From: a candidate division WOR-3 bacterium | GTDB taxonomy: Bacteria; Hydrothermota; Hydrothermia; B15-G9; WFZT01 | Assembly: GCA_026986655.1 (NCBI GenBank) | Contig: JALSOD010000190.1 | Location: 1 to 35,467, forward strand | Reading direction: 5' to 3' | Length of the DNA stretch: 35,467 nt | Part shown: positions 25,143 through 32,024 of the stretch, in pieces | How the letters are laid out: each line of letters begins with the position of its first letter | Numbering within the stretch: position 1 is the first letter of the stretch | Position numbers and translations under genes: made by a program | Notes under the pieces: generated by a model | Seen by the model: the letters and a program-made list of their open reading frames with translations, nothing else | What the model was told of the DNA's origin: nothing | Databases searched by the model: none

Positions 25143-26008
25143 AGATCCCTAACCTCTCTGAATAACATCGACCTGAAGAAGTACAGGACTATCAGGACGG
25201 AGAGAATGGAGGCGTGTTCGTATCCAGAACGAAGGGCTAAGACTATTATCGTTCCAATAACTCCGATTAAGAACAATGGAAAGAGAGTTACGCTCTCTTT
25301 TGGCAGCTTAAACCTCTCGTTCTCGAAGTTCCAATCTTGCCAGAATTCTACAAGCTTCTTATTCTTCAAAGCTTTCCTTTCGTTCTTAACTCCACAATAC
25401 AAAGCTGAGATTTTACCGAGCTTCATCAGCTCATCCAAAAATACCAAAACCTGTTTCGAGGAGTTTTCAAAGTGATTCACAGCCAGCTTAACTCTAAATT
25501 CAGCCTCCTTCAAGGCTCGGAACTTCTCGACGTTGGTTTTCAAGCCTTTCTCGTCGACTCCTGCAACTATCAAAAGAGCTTTCAGGATGTAGCTTGCGGT
25601 AGGATAATCGACGTAGACAAACGCATCGTCCATTTTCTTCTTTAGCTCGTCGGCTTCGTAGATCCTGAACGATCTTTCACCTTCGTTTTCCCTATTCTCC
25701 TCTTTCTTCTCTTCTCCCTTCTTACCTAACGTATCGGTTTTATCGCTAGCATCTGTTAGGTAAGATTTTTCCAGAGTGATATTGAGGCCGTTCAGGGCGT
25801 AGAGGATGTTCCTACCTTTGTCGGTTAGACGAACTTTTCCAACCCTCCATTCGATTAGATCGAGCTGTTTTAGATGTTCTAACCGTCTGTAGAACGTAGC
25901 CCTTGACATTCCGTTACCGTTAAAGTGTTCGTGATAAACTTCGTGAGGATTGACGTATTCTTCTCCAAAGCTTTTAAGGATCCTTAGCGATTTCTCATCG
26001 AGCTTCAT
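25139..26008 (-). CDS. wHTH regulator-like protein with an acidic/basic linker and a C-terminal two-helix membrane anchor
   Basis: 289 aa. MSRATFYRRLEHLKQLDLIEWRVGKVRLTDKG is an HTH plus wing. The C-terminus LFPLFLIGVIGTIIVLAL...ILSVLIVLYFF looks transmembrane. The CDS contains palindromic element copy 4. Confidence 0.65.
   Translation of the reverse strand: MKLDEKSLRILKSFGEEYVNPHEVYHEHFNGNGMSRATFYRRLEHLKQLDLIEWRVGKVRLTDKGRNILYALNGLNITLEKSYLTDASDKTDTLGKKGEEKKEENRENEGERSFRIYEADELKKKMDDAFVYVDYPTASYILKALLIVAGVDEKGLKTNVEKFRALKEAEFRVKLAVNHFENSSKQVLVFLDELMKLGKISALYCGVKNERKALKNKKLVEFWQDWNFENERFKLPKESVTLFPLFLIGVIGTIIVLALRSGYEHASILSVLIVLYFFRSMLFREVRDL
25721..25764. repeat. Palindromic element copy 4 (perfect), inside the CDS 25139..26008
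   Basis: Arms at 25721-25730 and 25755-25764. It encodes SYLTDASDKTDTLGKK in the linker of the wHTH-TM protein. Confidence 0.75.
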
Positions 26009-26837
26009 AGAACCACACCTTAATTCTTACATTTTCTTCGTAATCGTTTTTTAATTTTCTGTAAAGATCAAATCCCGTTCCCGTGAAATCGTGATAGCTT
26101 TCGTTTACGGAATAGCCGATGATAATCCTGTGCTTCCACATCGATCTTTTAAGACTTTTCACTTTGGTAGTAACGACATCCAGATTCCTGTCTGCATCTT
26201 CAACGTCCAGAATCTTCAGATCCAAAATCTGAGATTTCGAGATCTTCTTAAATCTGCCGTCTTGGACGATTCCTATGTTGTTTTTGCCGTCGGTCCATAC
26301 GACTTTCGCATGGCTCAGTCGGTATATCGCTCCGTTCTCAAAATATGAAAGTGAGATCGCTACACCGTTCTCAGTCGATAATCTGAACGCCTTTTCCAGT
26401 TCCGTTACAGGTTCGACGTAGCTTATCTCTACAGAGGCTAACAGGATTATACCCAACACGAAGAATTCAGCTGAAGATCCCGTCCTAAGTCTCCACGATG
26501 GTGGCGTTAAATAGTACACTGTTTCTATCGGATAAAGCAGCTTAACTCCAGAATATGTCATCATGTCTCCGAGAAGATGGCTGAAGTATGCAATTAATCC
26601 AACTATCCAGAGGCTTAGATCTATGAAAATAAGTGGGTAGGTAGCGATTAAGGCAGAGTAAAGGGTGTGGGTGTAAGTTCTGTGCTTAAGCCCTATCAGG
26701 TAATCGAAGTCCGGTAGAACTGCAAATAAAGAAGCTACAACCCAAGCCAAATGCGAAGTTAGCAGGCTTGTCAGAAAGGCTATCTCCGCTATCTTTACCA
26801 TTAATATCGCTAAGGCTACGTGAGTTATCCACTTCAC
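25995..26837 (-). CDS. Membrane-bound metal-dependent hydrolase (DUF457/YdjM-like) with a C-terminal soluble extension
   Basis: 280 aa: MKWITHVALA..., PDFDYLIGLKHRTYTHTL, HLLGDMMTYSGVKLLYP. Confidence 0.7.
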   Translation of the reverse strand: MKWITHVALAILMVKIAEIAFLTSLLTSHLAWVVASLFAVLPDFDYLIGLKHRTYTHTLYSALIATYPLIFIDLSLWIVGLIAYFSHLLGDMMTYSGVKLLYPIETVYYLTPPSWRLRTGSSAEFFVLGIILLASVEISYVEPVTELEKAFRLSTENGVAISLSYFENGAIYRLSHAKVVWTDGKNNIGIVQDGRFKKISKSQILDLKILDVEDADRNLDVVTTKVKSLKRSMWKHRIIIGYSVNESYHDFTGTGFDLYRKLKNDYEENVRIKVWFYEAR

Positions 26838-26855
26838 TCTACCACTCTCGGTTAA

Positions 26856-27173
26856 TCAATAACCTAAACGCTTTCTCCTCTCCTCTAATATCTCATCCAA
26901 CCCGGACAGCAGTTTTCTTATTTCCTTCTCCCTTTCCTTAGCTTTGATTTCTTCGATTTCCCATTGCAATCTTCGAATCTCGTTCCTGAGATCTTCGATT
27001 TTATCATCGATCTCTTCAGCTAGAATCTGTTTTATGGCTTTCAGAGTGTTGTAGTAATCGTATGCGGTCGCTAAACTCACTCCAAATTGCTCTGCTATCT
27101 CCACCGGACTTCTAGGATTCGCTTTTGCTATCTCTATCAGCCTCCTCAGAGCCTTGCTTCTTACACCTTTCAT
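26856..27173 (-). CDS. HTH + coiled-coil small DNA-binding protein
   Basis: 105 aa: SPVEIAEQFGVSLATAYDYYNTLK (HTH), followed by heptad-like EIRRLQWEIEEIKAKEREKEIRKLL. Confidence 0.6.
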   Translation of the reverse strand: MKGVRSKALRRLIEIAKANPRSPVEIAEQFGVSLATAYDYYNTLKAIKQILAEEIDDKIEDLRNEIRRLQWEIEEIKAKEREKEIRKLLSGLDEILEERRKRLGY

Positions 27174-27248
27174 ATTCTCACATTGTGAGAATTCCCCTAA
27201 ATACTTTTCTCATATTGTGAGAAAAATTATAGCGAAATCCTTGCAGCT

Positions 27249-27632
27249 TCAGCTCAGGTCGATCTTCTCAAGCTTCCTCTTCTCCTTATGGATCTGTCTA
27301 AGTCTTTCTAAGATTGCTTTAGCCTTCTCCCTCTTCTCGGCCTTCATAGCATCGATCGCCTTTCCCAAATACTTCCACCTAACCTTTCCTCCCTCCCTGT
27401 AAACGATGTAATAATAGGGACCGTGTGGACACTTCCTACATCCATCCTTCCCGCATTTTACGTATTTAGCTACGATACTACCTTTCGGAAGTCCAAGACT
27501 TGATAACTCGTCCAAAAGCTTCCTCTCCTCTTCTTCCAGCTCCTTGAGCCTCTGCTTTCTCTTTTCGATCTCTTCGAGCTTCCACCTCAGCTCCTCTTCA
27601 ATCTCTTCGATCTTACCTAACTTCCTCGCCAT
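27249..27632 (-). CDS. Small coiled-coil + Zn-ribbon-like protein, paralog of 1719..2099
   Basis: 127 aa: KELEEEERKLLDELSSLGLPKGSIVAKYVKCGKDGCRKCPHGPYYYIVYREGGKVRWKYLGK. Codons 5-7 (LGK) are encoded by an arm of the palindromic element. Confidence 0.75.
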   Translation of the reverse strand: MARKLGKIEEIEEELRWKLEEIEKRKQRLKELEEEERKLLDELSSLGLPKGSIVAKYVKCGKDGCRKCPHGPYYYIVYREGGKVRWKYLGKAIDAMKAEKREKAKAILERLRQIHKEKRKLEKIDLS

Positions 27633-27655
27633 GTTAACACCTCTTGTTAGGTAAG
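27612..27655. repeat. Palindromic element copy 5 (perfect), spanning the start codon of 27249..27632
   Basis: Arms at 27612-27621 (inside the CDS) and 27646-27655 (5' leader). The 24-nt spacer contains the ATG (27632-27630). Confidence 0.75.
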
Positions 27656-27660
27656 ATGAT

Positions 27661-27704
27661 CTTACCTAACAGCTTAACGTATTTAACCCTTTCCGTTAGG
27701 TAAG
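27661..27704. promoter_or_regulatory. Palindromic element copy 6 (perfect), arms bracketing a TATA-like box
   Basis: Arms at 27661-27670 and 27695-27704. The spacer AGCTTAACGTATTTAACCCTTTCC contains TATTTAA (27680-27686), about 50 nt upstream of the 27632 ATG. Confidence 0.55.
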
Positions 27705-27753
27705 ATTTTAAACAAAGCAATAACTTTTTAAAGGGTAAAAGGAAAGGAATGCT

Positions 27754-27909
27754 GTGATTGAAAAACTTAAGGGTATATTTAATTTCTTCCGCTTCAAAGA
27801 TGAAAATGAAGCAATAATAGTTGGGCTTGCAGGGAGTGAAGAAATTTTTGGAGAGGCAATAGATGTTATTTTAAAAAGAAATAAGGAAAAAATAAAGCAA
27901 AATCATTAA
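27754..27909 (+). CDS. Possible 51-aa small ORF
   Basis: GTG 27754 is preceded by GGAAAGG. It reads VIEKLKGIFNFFRFKDENEAIIVGLAGSEEIFGEAIDVILKRNKEKIKQNH*. It occupies the position that the ATPase gene holds in module copy 1. Confidence 0.3.
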   Translation: MIEKLKGIFNFFRFKDENEAIIVGLAGSEEIFGEAIDVILKRNKEKIKQNH

Positions 27910-28078
27910 TCGATCCCTTTTGTAAAAGCCCTCTCAGCGGATTCTTGAGCTTTTCAAATTTCCCTTTTCCAACCCTCCTTCAGAATCTCCTGCTCAATCA
28001 AGCAACTTTTCTTACTCCCTCAGAAGCTCGATTCTGATTCAATCTCACTCTAAAGCGGATTTCTTCAACCTCTTTTAT

Positions 28079-28122
28079 CTTACCTAACAACCTAACGTAC
28101 TTAACCTTTTCTGTTAGGTAAG
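28079..28122. repeat. Palindromic element copy 7 (perfect), with the conserved spacer AACGTACTTAACC
   Basis: Arms at 28079-28088 and 28113-28122. The minus-strand sequence next to it translates as LGKIKEVEEIRFRVRLNQNRASEGVRKVA*, a decayed N-terminus of another Zn-ribbon/coiled-coil paralog. Confidence 0.75.
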
Positions 28123-28177
28123 ACAACTCTGAGATAGTTCGAAGGTTTATTATATACGGTGATCTAACATCAAAACA

Positions 28178-28375
28178 ATGATAGACAACGTAACCTTAAT
28201 CAAAGACTTGAAAGAGTTAAGAGAGAAAATTCAAGAAGACTTAGAAAGACTAGATTCTATCATCGAGACGTTAGAAATAATGGCTGACGAAGATTTGATG
28301 AAATCAATTAAGAAGGGCTTAGAAGATATTGAGAAGGGCGATGTCGTCGATTTTGAAGACCTTCTGAAAGATTAA
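28178..28375 (+). CDS. Small acidic helical antitoxin-like protein (archaeal RelB-like)
   Basis: 65 aa, helical and acidic (DLKELREKIQEDLERLDSIIETLEIMADEDLMKSIKKGLEDIEKGD). A TATA-like TTTATTATATA lies about 27 nt upstream, so the transcript may be leaderless. Confidence 0.5.
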   Translation: MIDNVTLIKDLKELREKIQEDLERLDSIIETLEIMADEDLMKSIKKGLEDIEKGDVVDFEDLLKD

Positions 28376-28629
28376 TAAACCTCTTTTCTGTGACCTATCG
28401 AAACAAGCCAAATTATCTTGTTATTCTCGTCAACTTTGTAAATGATTCGGTATTTCCCAACTCTCAATGATCTCAATCCGGCCAAATCGTAAGATAACGG
28501 TTTACCAGCATATGGATTTTCCTTTAACTTTTCCAAAGATTTCAGAATACGCTCCTTTAGAGGTCCATCTTTCTTAGTTAGATCCTTAAACCTTTTCTTG
28601 AATTCTTTCGATGGTTTAATAGTCCACAT
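28372..28629 (-). CDS. relE: RelE/ParE-family toxin
   Basis: 85 aa: LRVGKYRIIYKVDENNKIIWLVSIGHRKEVY is a classic RelE/ParE C-terminal block. An AT-rich TATA-like region lies upstream. Confidence 0.8.
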   Translation of the reverse strand: MWTIKPSKEFKKRFKDLTKKDGPLKERILKSLEKLKENPYAGKPLSYDLAGLRSLRVGKYRIIYKVDENNKIIWLVSIGHRKEVY

Positions 28630-28920
28630 GACGTATTTATGAAGTATCCAAAAATTGATAAAACTTTCAAAAAATTTATTAAAATTTAAATATTATATGC
28701 TCATAACTAGTCTGAGAATGATTGAAGAACAACTCACTAGTCTTAGATATCTTTACGTTTCGGTCACCGTACACCAGAAACTGAATACCTTTTCGGCGGT
28801 AACGTTGATAAGCTTTGTGGAGGTAATGTTTGTAGGGTATGATAAAAACTTTCTTTAAGGAAGGTAATTTGAAATAGGATCCGTCCGACCAGCTGTGAAG
28901 AAGAATACGGTACTGACTTT

Positions 28921-29217
28921 TTAAACATCAAACATGAACATAGATAATAAAAGTGAAAGCAAAGACATTACCACAGCCAACATTATTTTTCTGTAAATTT
29001 TAAGCCCCTTTGTGAATTCGTCAGCGTAGCTAGAAACGGATGAAACAAGCTCGATGTGCTTCATTATATTCTCAGATAAGGCCAATTCTGCCTTCGTAAA
29101 ACTGTTTATCATCTCGTTCCAATTCCTGTATACTTCCCCATATCTATCTAACCTCTGATCGAAGCGATCTAACAGTATTCTGAGATCCCTAAGACTATCG
29201 TTAATTTGAGTTAGCAA
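28921..29217 (-). CDS. Hypothetical tail-anchored membrane protein
   Basis: 98 aa from a TTG start. The N-terminal part is helical and there is a single C-terminal TM (IMLAVVMSLLSLLLSMFMF). Confidence 0.4.
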   Translation of the reverse strand: MLTQINDSLRDLRILLDRFDQRLDRYGEVYRNWNEMINSFTKAELALSENIMKHIELVSSVSSYADEFTKGLKIYRKIMLAVVMSLLSLLLSMFMFDV

Positions 29218-29324
29218 AAGATTACTTTAAATCTTCTAGCCTTTGAAAATTTCATTAGCGAAACGACTTTTCCCAAATACTTACCTTTAGTTTTACTACC
29301 TTCCTTGTAGCTCTAAAAGCACAT

Positions 29325-29424
29325 CTAATAGCTTTTCTCTTTCTCTTCAAGCTCCTTTAACTTTTTCTTCCTTTTTTCAACCTCTTCAAGTGTCTTCCCC
29401 CACTCTAACACGCTCTTACCTAAC
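29325..29424 (-). pseudogene. Truncated remnant of a third/fourth Zn-ribbon/coiled-coil paralog
   Basis: The reverse strand reads LGKSVLEWGKTLEEVEKRKKKLKELEEKEKSY*. It parallels the N-termini of 27249..27632 and 1719..2099 and then stops. There is no Zn-ribbon part. Confidence 0.5.
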
Positions 29425-29470
29425 CTCTTGCCTATTTACCACTTACGGTTTGGTAAGAATCTTACCTAAT
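29415..29470. repeat. Palindromic element copy 8 (CTTACCTAAC-N23-GTTTGGTAAG) plus an adjacent half-site CTTACCTAAT
   Basis: Arms at 29415-29424 and 29448-29457; half-site at 29461-29470. It is colinear with 2103-2160. Confidence 0.65.
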
Positions 29471-29550
29471 CTTGACAATAAGATTGTAAGTTTAGCAACT
29501 CTCAAAAGAAGAATCCTTAGTCTTAAATAATATCCCGACGAAGGATGAAC

Positions 29551-29601
29551 ATGGAAATAATTTTCCACGACAGGGAGAATGAGATCGATGAAATCCCGTA
29601 A
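29551..29601 (+). pseudogene. 16-codon stub of an Arch-ATPase paralog
   Basis: MEIIFHDRENEIDEIP* compares with MDIVFHDREKEIEEITRIL at 2260. The upstream CTTAAATAATATCCCGACGAA is shared with 2220-2240. Confidence 0.6.
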
Positions 29602-29831
29602 AACTAACCTTCCCGACTGACTATATAAAGTCTAAGGCAATCTGTTCTTAATGAACATAATCTTATCATCTCCCTAGATCTTCTTGAAGTATTCGATCAT
29701 AAACTCCTCAGGAAATGGGTTAAATAGTTAATATACTTTCGCTTCTTCTAGGATTTCTCTAACCGATTCCACGAATTCTTTGAAATCTCTTGTAAGGTCG
29801 AGACATAGTGGTATGGTTTTAACCGGTAGTT

Positions 29832-29951
29832 TTATCTCTCCACTAGCGGTATCAAGGCTAAAGCGAGGTTTTCTCCAAGATCCGTTAGCTGGTAGTATAC
29901 TTTTGGTGGCTTTTCTGGCTTAACAATCCTAGTTATAGCCTTATAACTTCG
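29832..29951 (-). pseudogene. HxlR/MarR-like winged-helix C-terminal fragment
   Basis: The reverse frame reads RSYKAITRIVKPEKPPKVYYQLTDLGENLALALIPLVER*, resembling the wing plus C-helix of HxlR-type regulators (PPxVxYxLTxxG). It has no start and is out of frame with the adjacent 88-aa ORF. Confidence 0.3.
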
Positions 29952-30199
29952 TCACTTTCGTAAGCCTTTCTTCCTGGCTTTATCTCCGTGAGTAGAGCTA
30001 ACTTTGCTTCTTGGCCTGCGGAAACCCATTGTGGCTCAACTGCACCAGTTCTAATCCAAACGGATTCGTAAGGTGGTTGGACGAAGTAGCCTTCTCTAAC
30101 GAGCTTGTAGAATTCTTCGTCTGGAATCTTATCTTTCACATCTTCGAATCTTATTGCAGACCCAGGTGGTATATCGAGTATAGCATCCACATTAACCAC
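29933..30199 (-). CDS. Hypothetical 88-aa protein
   Basis: ORF only. I recognise no motif. It may be part of a decayed regulator gene together with the 29832..29951 fragment. Confidence 0.35.
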   Translation of the reverse strand: MVNVDAILDIPPGSAIRFEDVKDKIPDEEFYKLVREGYFVQPPYESVWIRTGAVEPQWVSAGQEAKLALLTEIKPGRKAYESDEVIRL

Positions 30200-30260
30200 C
30201 TCGCGCGGAAAACGGTGAGTAGGAAAAATTTATAGGAGTGGGTTTCAAAATGGTGGTGGT

Positions 30261-30503
30261 ATGGATAAGGTAGTGGTACGGGTAGATAGAAAGGGAAGAC
30301 TTGTCATTCCGAAAAAGCTGAGAGAGAAGTTGGACGTTCGTGATTACGTTGAAGTAAGCGTTGAGGGAGACAAGATAGTCATAAAGCCTATTAAATCCGT
30401 TGCCGACGAATTCTTCGGAGTTTTTAAGGTTGAGAGGTGGCCCAAGGATTTGGACGAGTTTCTAGCTAAAGAGGTGACGGAAGGATGGTTAAGAGATATG
30501 TAG
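30261..30503 (+). CDS. vapB: AbrB/SpoVT-type antitoxin VapB
   Basis: 80 aa: VRVDRKGRLVIPKKLREKLDVRDYVEVSVEGDKIVIKP. Confidence 0.8.
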   Translation: MDKVVVRVDRKGRLVIPKKLREKLDVRDYVEVSVEGDKIVIKPIKSVADEFFGVFKVERWPKDLDEFLAKEVTEGWLRDM

Positions 30504-30898
30504 ACGTCAACGTATTCGTTTACTGGCTTTGCGGTCATCCTGAGTTTGGCGGGAAAGCCAAGAAGTGGGTCGAAAAGATCGAAAAGGAAAGAAATTTTGT
30601 AACTTCAACACTAACCCTTTACGAGACTATCGTAATCGTTGCTGGATTGACGAATAACAGTTTAAAGGACGAAAACTTCGTTAAGACTGTCATCGACTCT
30701 TTTGAGAGTTTGAAGAGTTTAAAGATCGAACCGCTCGTCAAAGAAGATTTTGCAAACGGGGTAGAAATTATGAACAATTTTGGATTAGATTTCGAAGATT
30801 CGTTGCACTTAGCGGTAGCTCTGAGGAAAAACGTAGATGAAATCGTTTCAAACGATACCGACTTCGATAAGGCTAAGGTAAAGAGAGTTTTTAGTTAA
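30485..30898 (+). CDS. vapC: PIN-domain toxin VapC
   Basis: 137 aa: YVDVNVFVYWL (first Asp), LYETIVIV, DSLHLAVAL, IVSNDTDFD. It overlaps vapB by 19 nt. Confidence 0.8.
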   Translation: MVKRYVDVNVFVYWLCGHPEFGGKAKKWVEKIEKERNFVTSTLTLYETIVIVAGLTNNSLKDENFVKTVIDSFESLKSLKIEPLVKEDFANGVEIMNNFGLDFEDSLHLAVALRKNVDEIVSNDTDFDKAKVKRVFS

Positions 30899-31163
30899 TT
30901 AACTCATCGTCTTCGGAGAGTATGTCTTCGACGTCGAACGACTCTTCAATGAATTCTGGTATATTTAGTTCGTCTTTGAGCGCTTCTTTGACTTTCTCCG
31001 CCAATTCTTCGTAGTGTTCAACTTTCGTGTGGTAGATATCTCTGACGATTTCGTTTTCTGGATTGAACTCCTTAATTCTCTTTAGCAGATACTTTAGTGC
31101 TTCGTATTGCCAAAGGACATAGTCTTCCTTAGAGATTCTGTTTATTGCTTTGACTCTTATCAC
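30891..31163 (-). CDS. Hypothetical acidic-tailed small protein (start uncertain)
   Basis: The C-terminal roughly 90 aa of the track ORF look protein-like (KEDYVLWQYEALKYLLKRIKEFNPENEIVRDIYHTKVEHYEELAEKVKEAL...DILSEDDELIN). The N-terminal part of the track ORF is the S/L-rich antisense of the wHTH gene. GTG 31163 is a possible start. Confidence 0.35.
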   Translation of the reverse strand: MIRVKAINRISKEDYVLWQYEALKYLLKRIKEFNPENEIVRDIYHTKVEHYEELAEKVKEALKDELNIPEFIEESFDVEDILSEDDELIN

Positions 31164-31215
31164 TTCATATATTTCGCAAATCTTTAATAGTTGGTTGTTT
31201 CTATCGACACGTAGT

Positions 31216-31470
31216 ATGCAGATATTGAATGTTCTTTTATCATACAAAGTTTTAAAGGTTTTGAGGGAGCTATCGCTGAAACCTAAGACGAAGGAAGAGT
31301 TAAGAGAAAGTGTAAGCACATCAGTTTCGTCGCTTCTACAGATCCTTGATAAGATGATTGAGTTAGGGTTAATAGAGAGAGAAGACGACACGTTTAGGAT
31401 TACACCTAAGGGTAAGTTTATTCTGCTAATTCAAGAGACTGTAAGGAAGTATGAGAAATTAAATTTTTAG
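31216..31470 (+). CDS. Winged-helix DNA-binding module (N-terminal part of a DUF1724-type regulator, apparently split)
   Basis: MQILNVLLSYKVLKVLRELSLKPKTKEELRESVSTSVSSLLQILDKMIELGLIEREDDTFRITPKG. I chose the internal Met at 31216. Confidence 0.6.
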   Translation: MQILNVLLSYKVLKVLRELSLKPKTKEELRESVSTSVSSLLQILDKMIELGLIEREDDTFRITPKGKFILLIQETVRKYEKLNF

Positions 31471-31481
31471 AGAAATTAGAA

Positions 31482-32024
31482 TTGAACGAGTACGACCTCG
31501 AAGACTTGCCGAATTACCTCGTTGCGAGGTTTTACGAGCTTAGTGAGGTGAGAGTGGTCGAGAGAGACGAGGACGTATTCACGCCACACGAGGAGTTCAT
31601 AGAAAATCTGACGAAATCTGAAGAGATATACGGGTATGCGTCGGTTTTCTTTCCGGAATACGTTGAAACGTTTCTGAGATTTGCTGAAGAGGACAAAAAG
31701 ATCGAAATAGTCGTTAACGGGAGAGTATTTAGTCGAATAGTTAGAGAATATAGGAGTGAGCTTGAGAAAGGGATATGCAAGAGAAACGTGAGTTTTTACG
31801 TTTCGAAAAGAGATTTTAGGTTTTCTTTCGTCGTTACCGACAAATTCTTCTCAATATCGTTTTACAGGAGGAACGGTTTCTTCGATTACAAGAGAGATTT
31901 CGTTTGCTTCAGCGAAGATTGTCTGCGGTGGGGTAGGGATCTGTTCAACTACGTTAAGGATAACTCCGTAAGAGTAGACAGAGTAAAGCTGAAAGAGTTG
32001 GTTCGGAGTCTACGATTATCCTAG
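31482..32024 (+). CDS. DUF1724-like domain protein (C-terminal part of an archaeal wHTH regulator)
   Basis: 180 aa from a TTG start, 11 nt after the wHTH stop and in a different frame. Size and position match the C-terminal domain normally fused to the wHTH in this regulator family. Confidence 0.5.
   Translation: MNEYDLEDLPNYLVARFYELSEVRVVERDEDVFTPHEEFIENLTKSEEIYGYASVFFPEYVETFLRFAEEDKKIEIVVNGRVFSRIVREYRSELEKGICKRNVSFYVSKRDFRFSFVVTDKFFSISFYRRNGFFDYKRDFVCFSEDCLRWGRDLFNYVKDNSVRVDRVKLKELVRSLRLS

Noticed and set aside
2103-29470. The palindromic CTTACCTAAC...GTTAGGTAAG copies, and the 20-bp tandem repeats at 32692-32790, as a CRISPR array.
   Set aside because: The palindromic copies are dispersed over 27 kb with no regular repeat-spacer periodicity. 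The tandem repeats are contiguous 20-mers without unique spacers. No cas genes are present.
30891-31391. The full 166-aa minus-strand ORF as called in the track.
   Set aside because: Its first roughly 75 codons overlap the better-supported wHTH gene on the plus strand and are Ser/Leu-rich. Only the C-terminal part (30891..31163) was kept, at low confidence.
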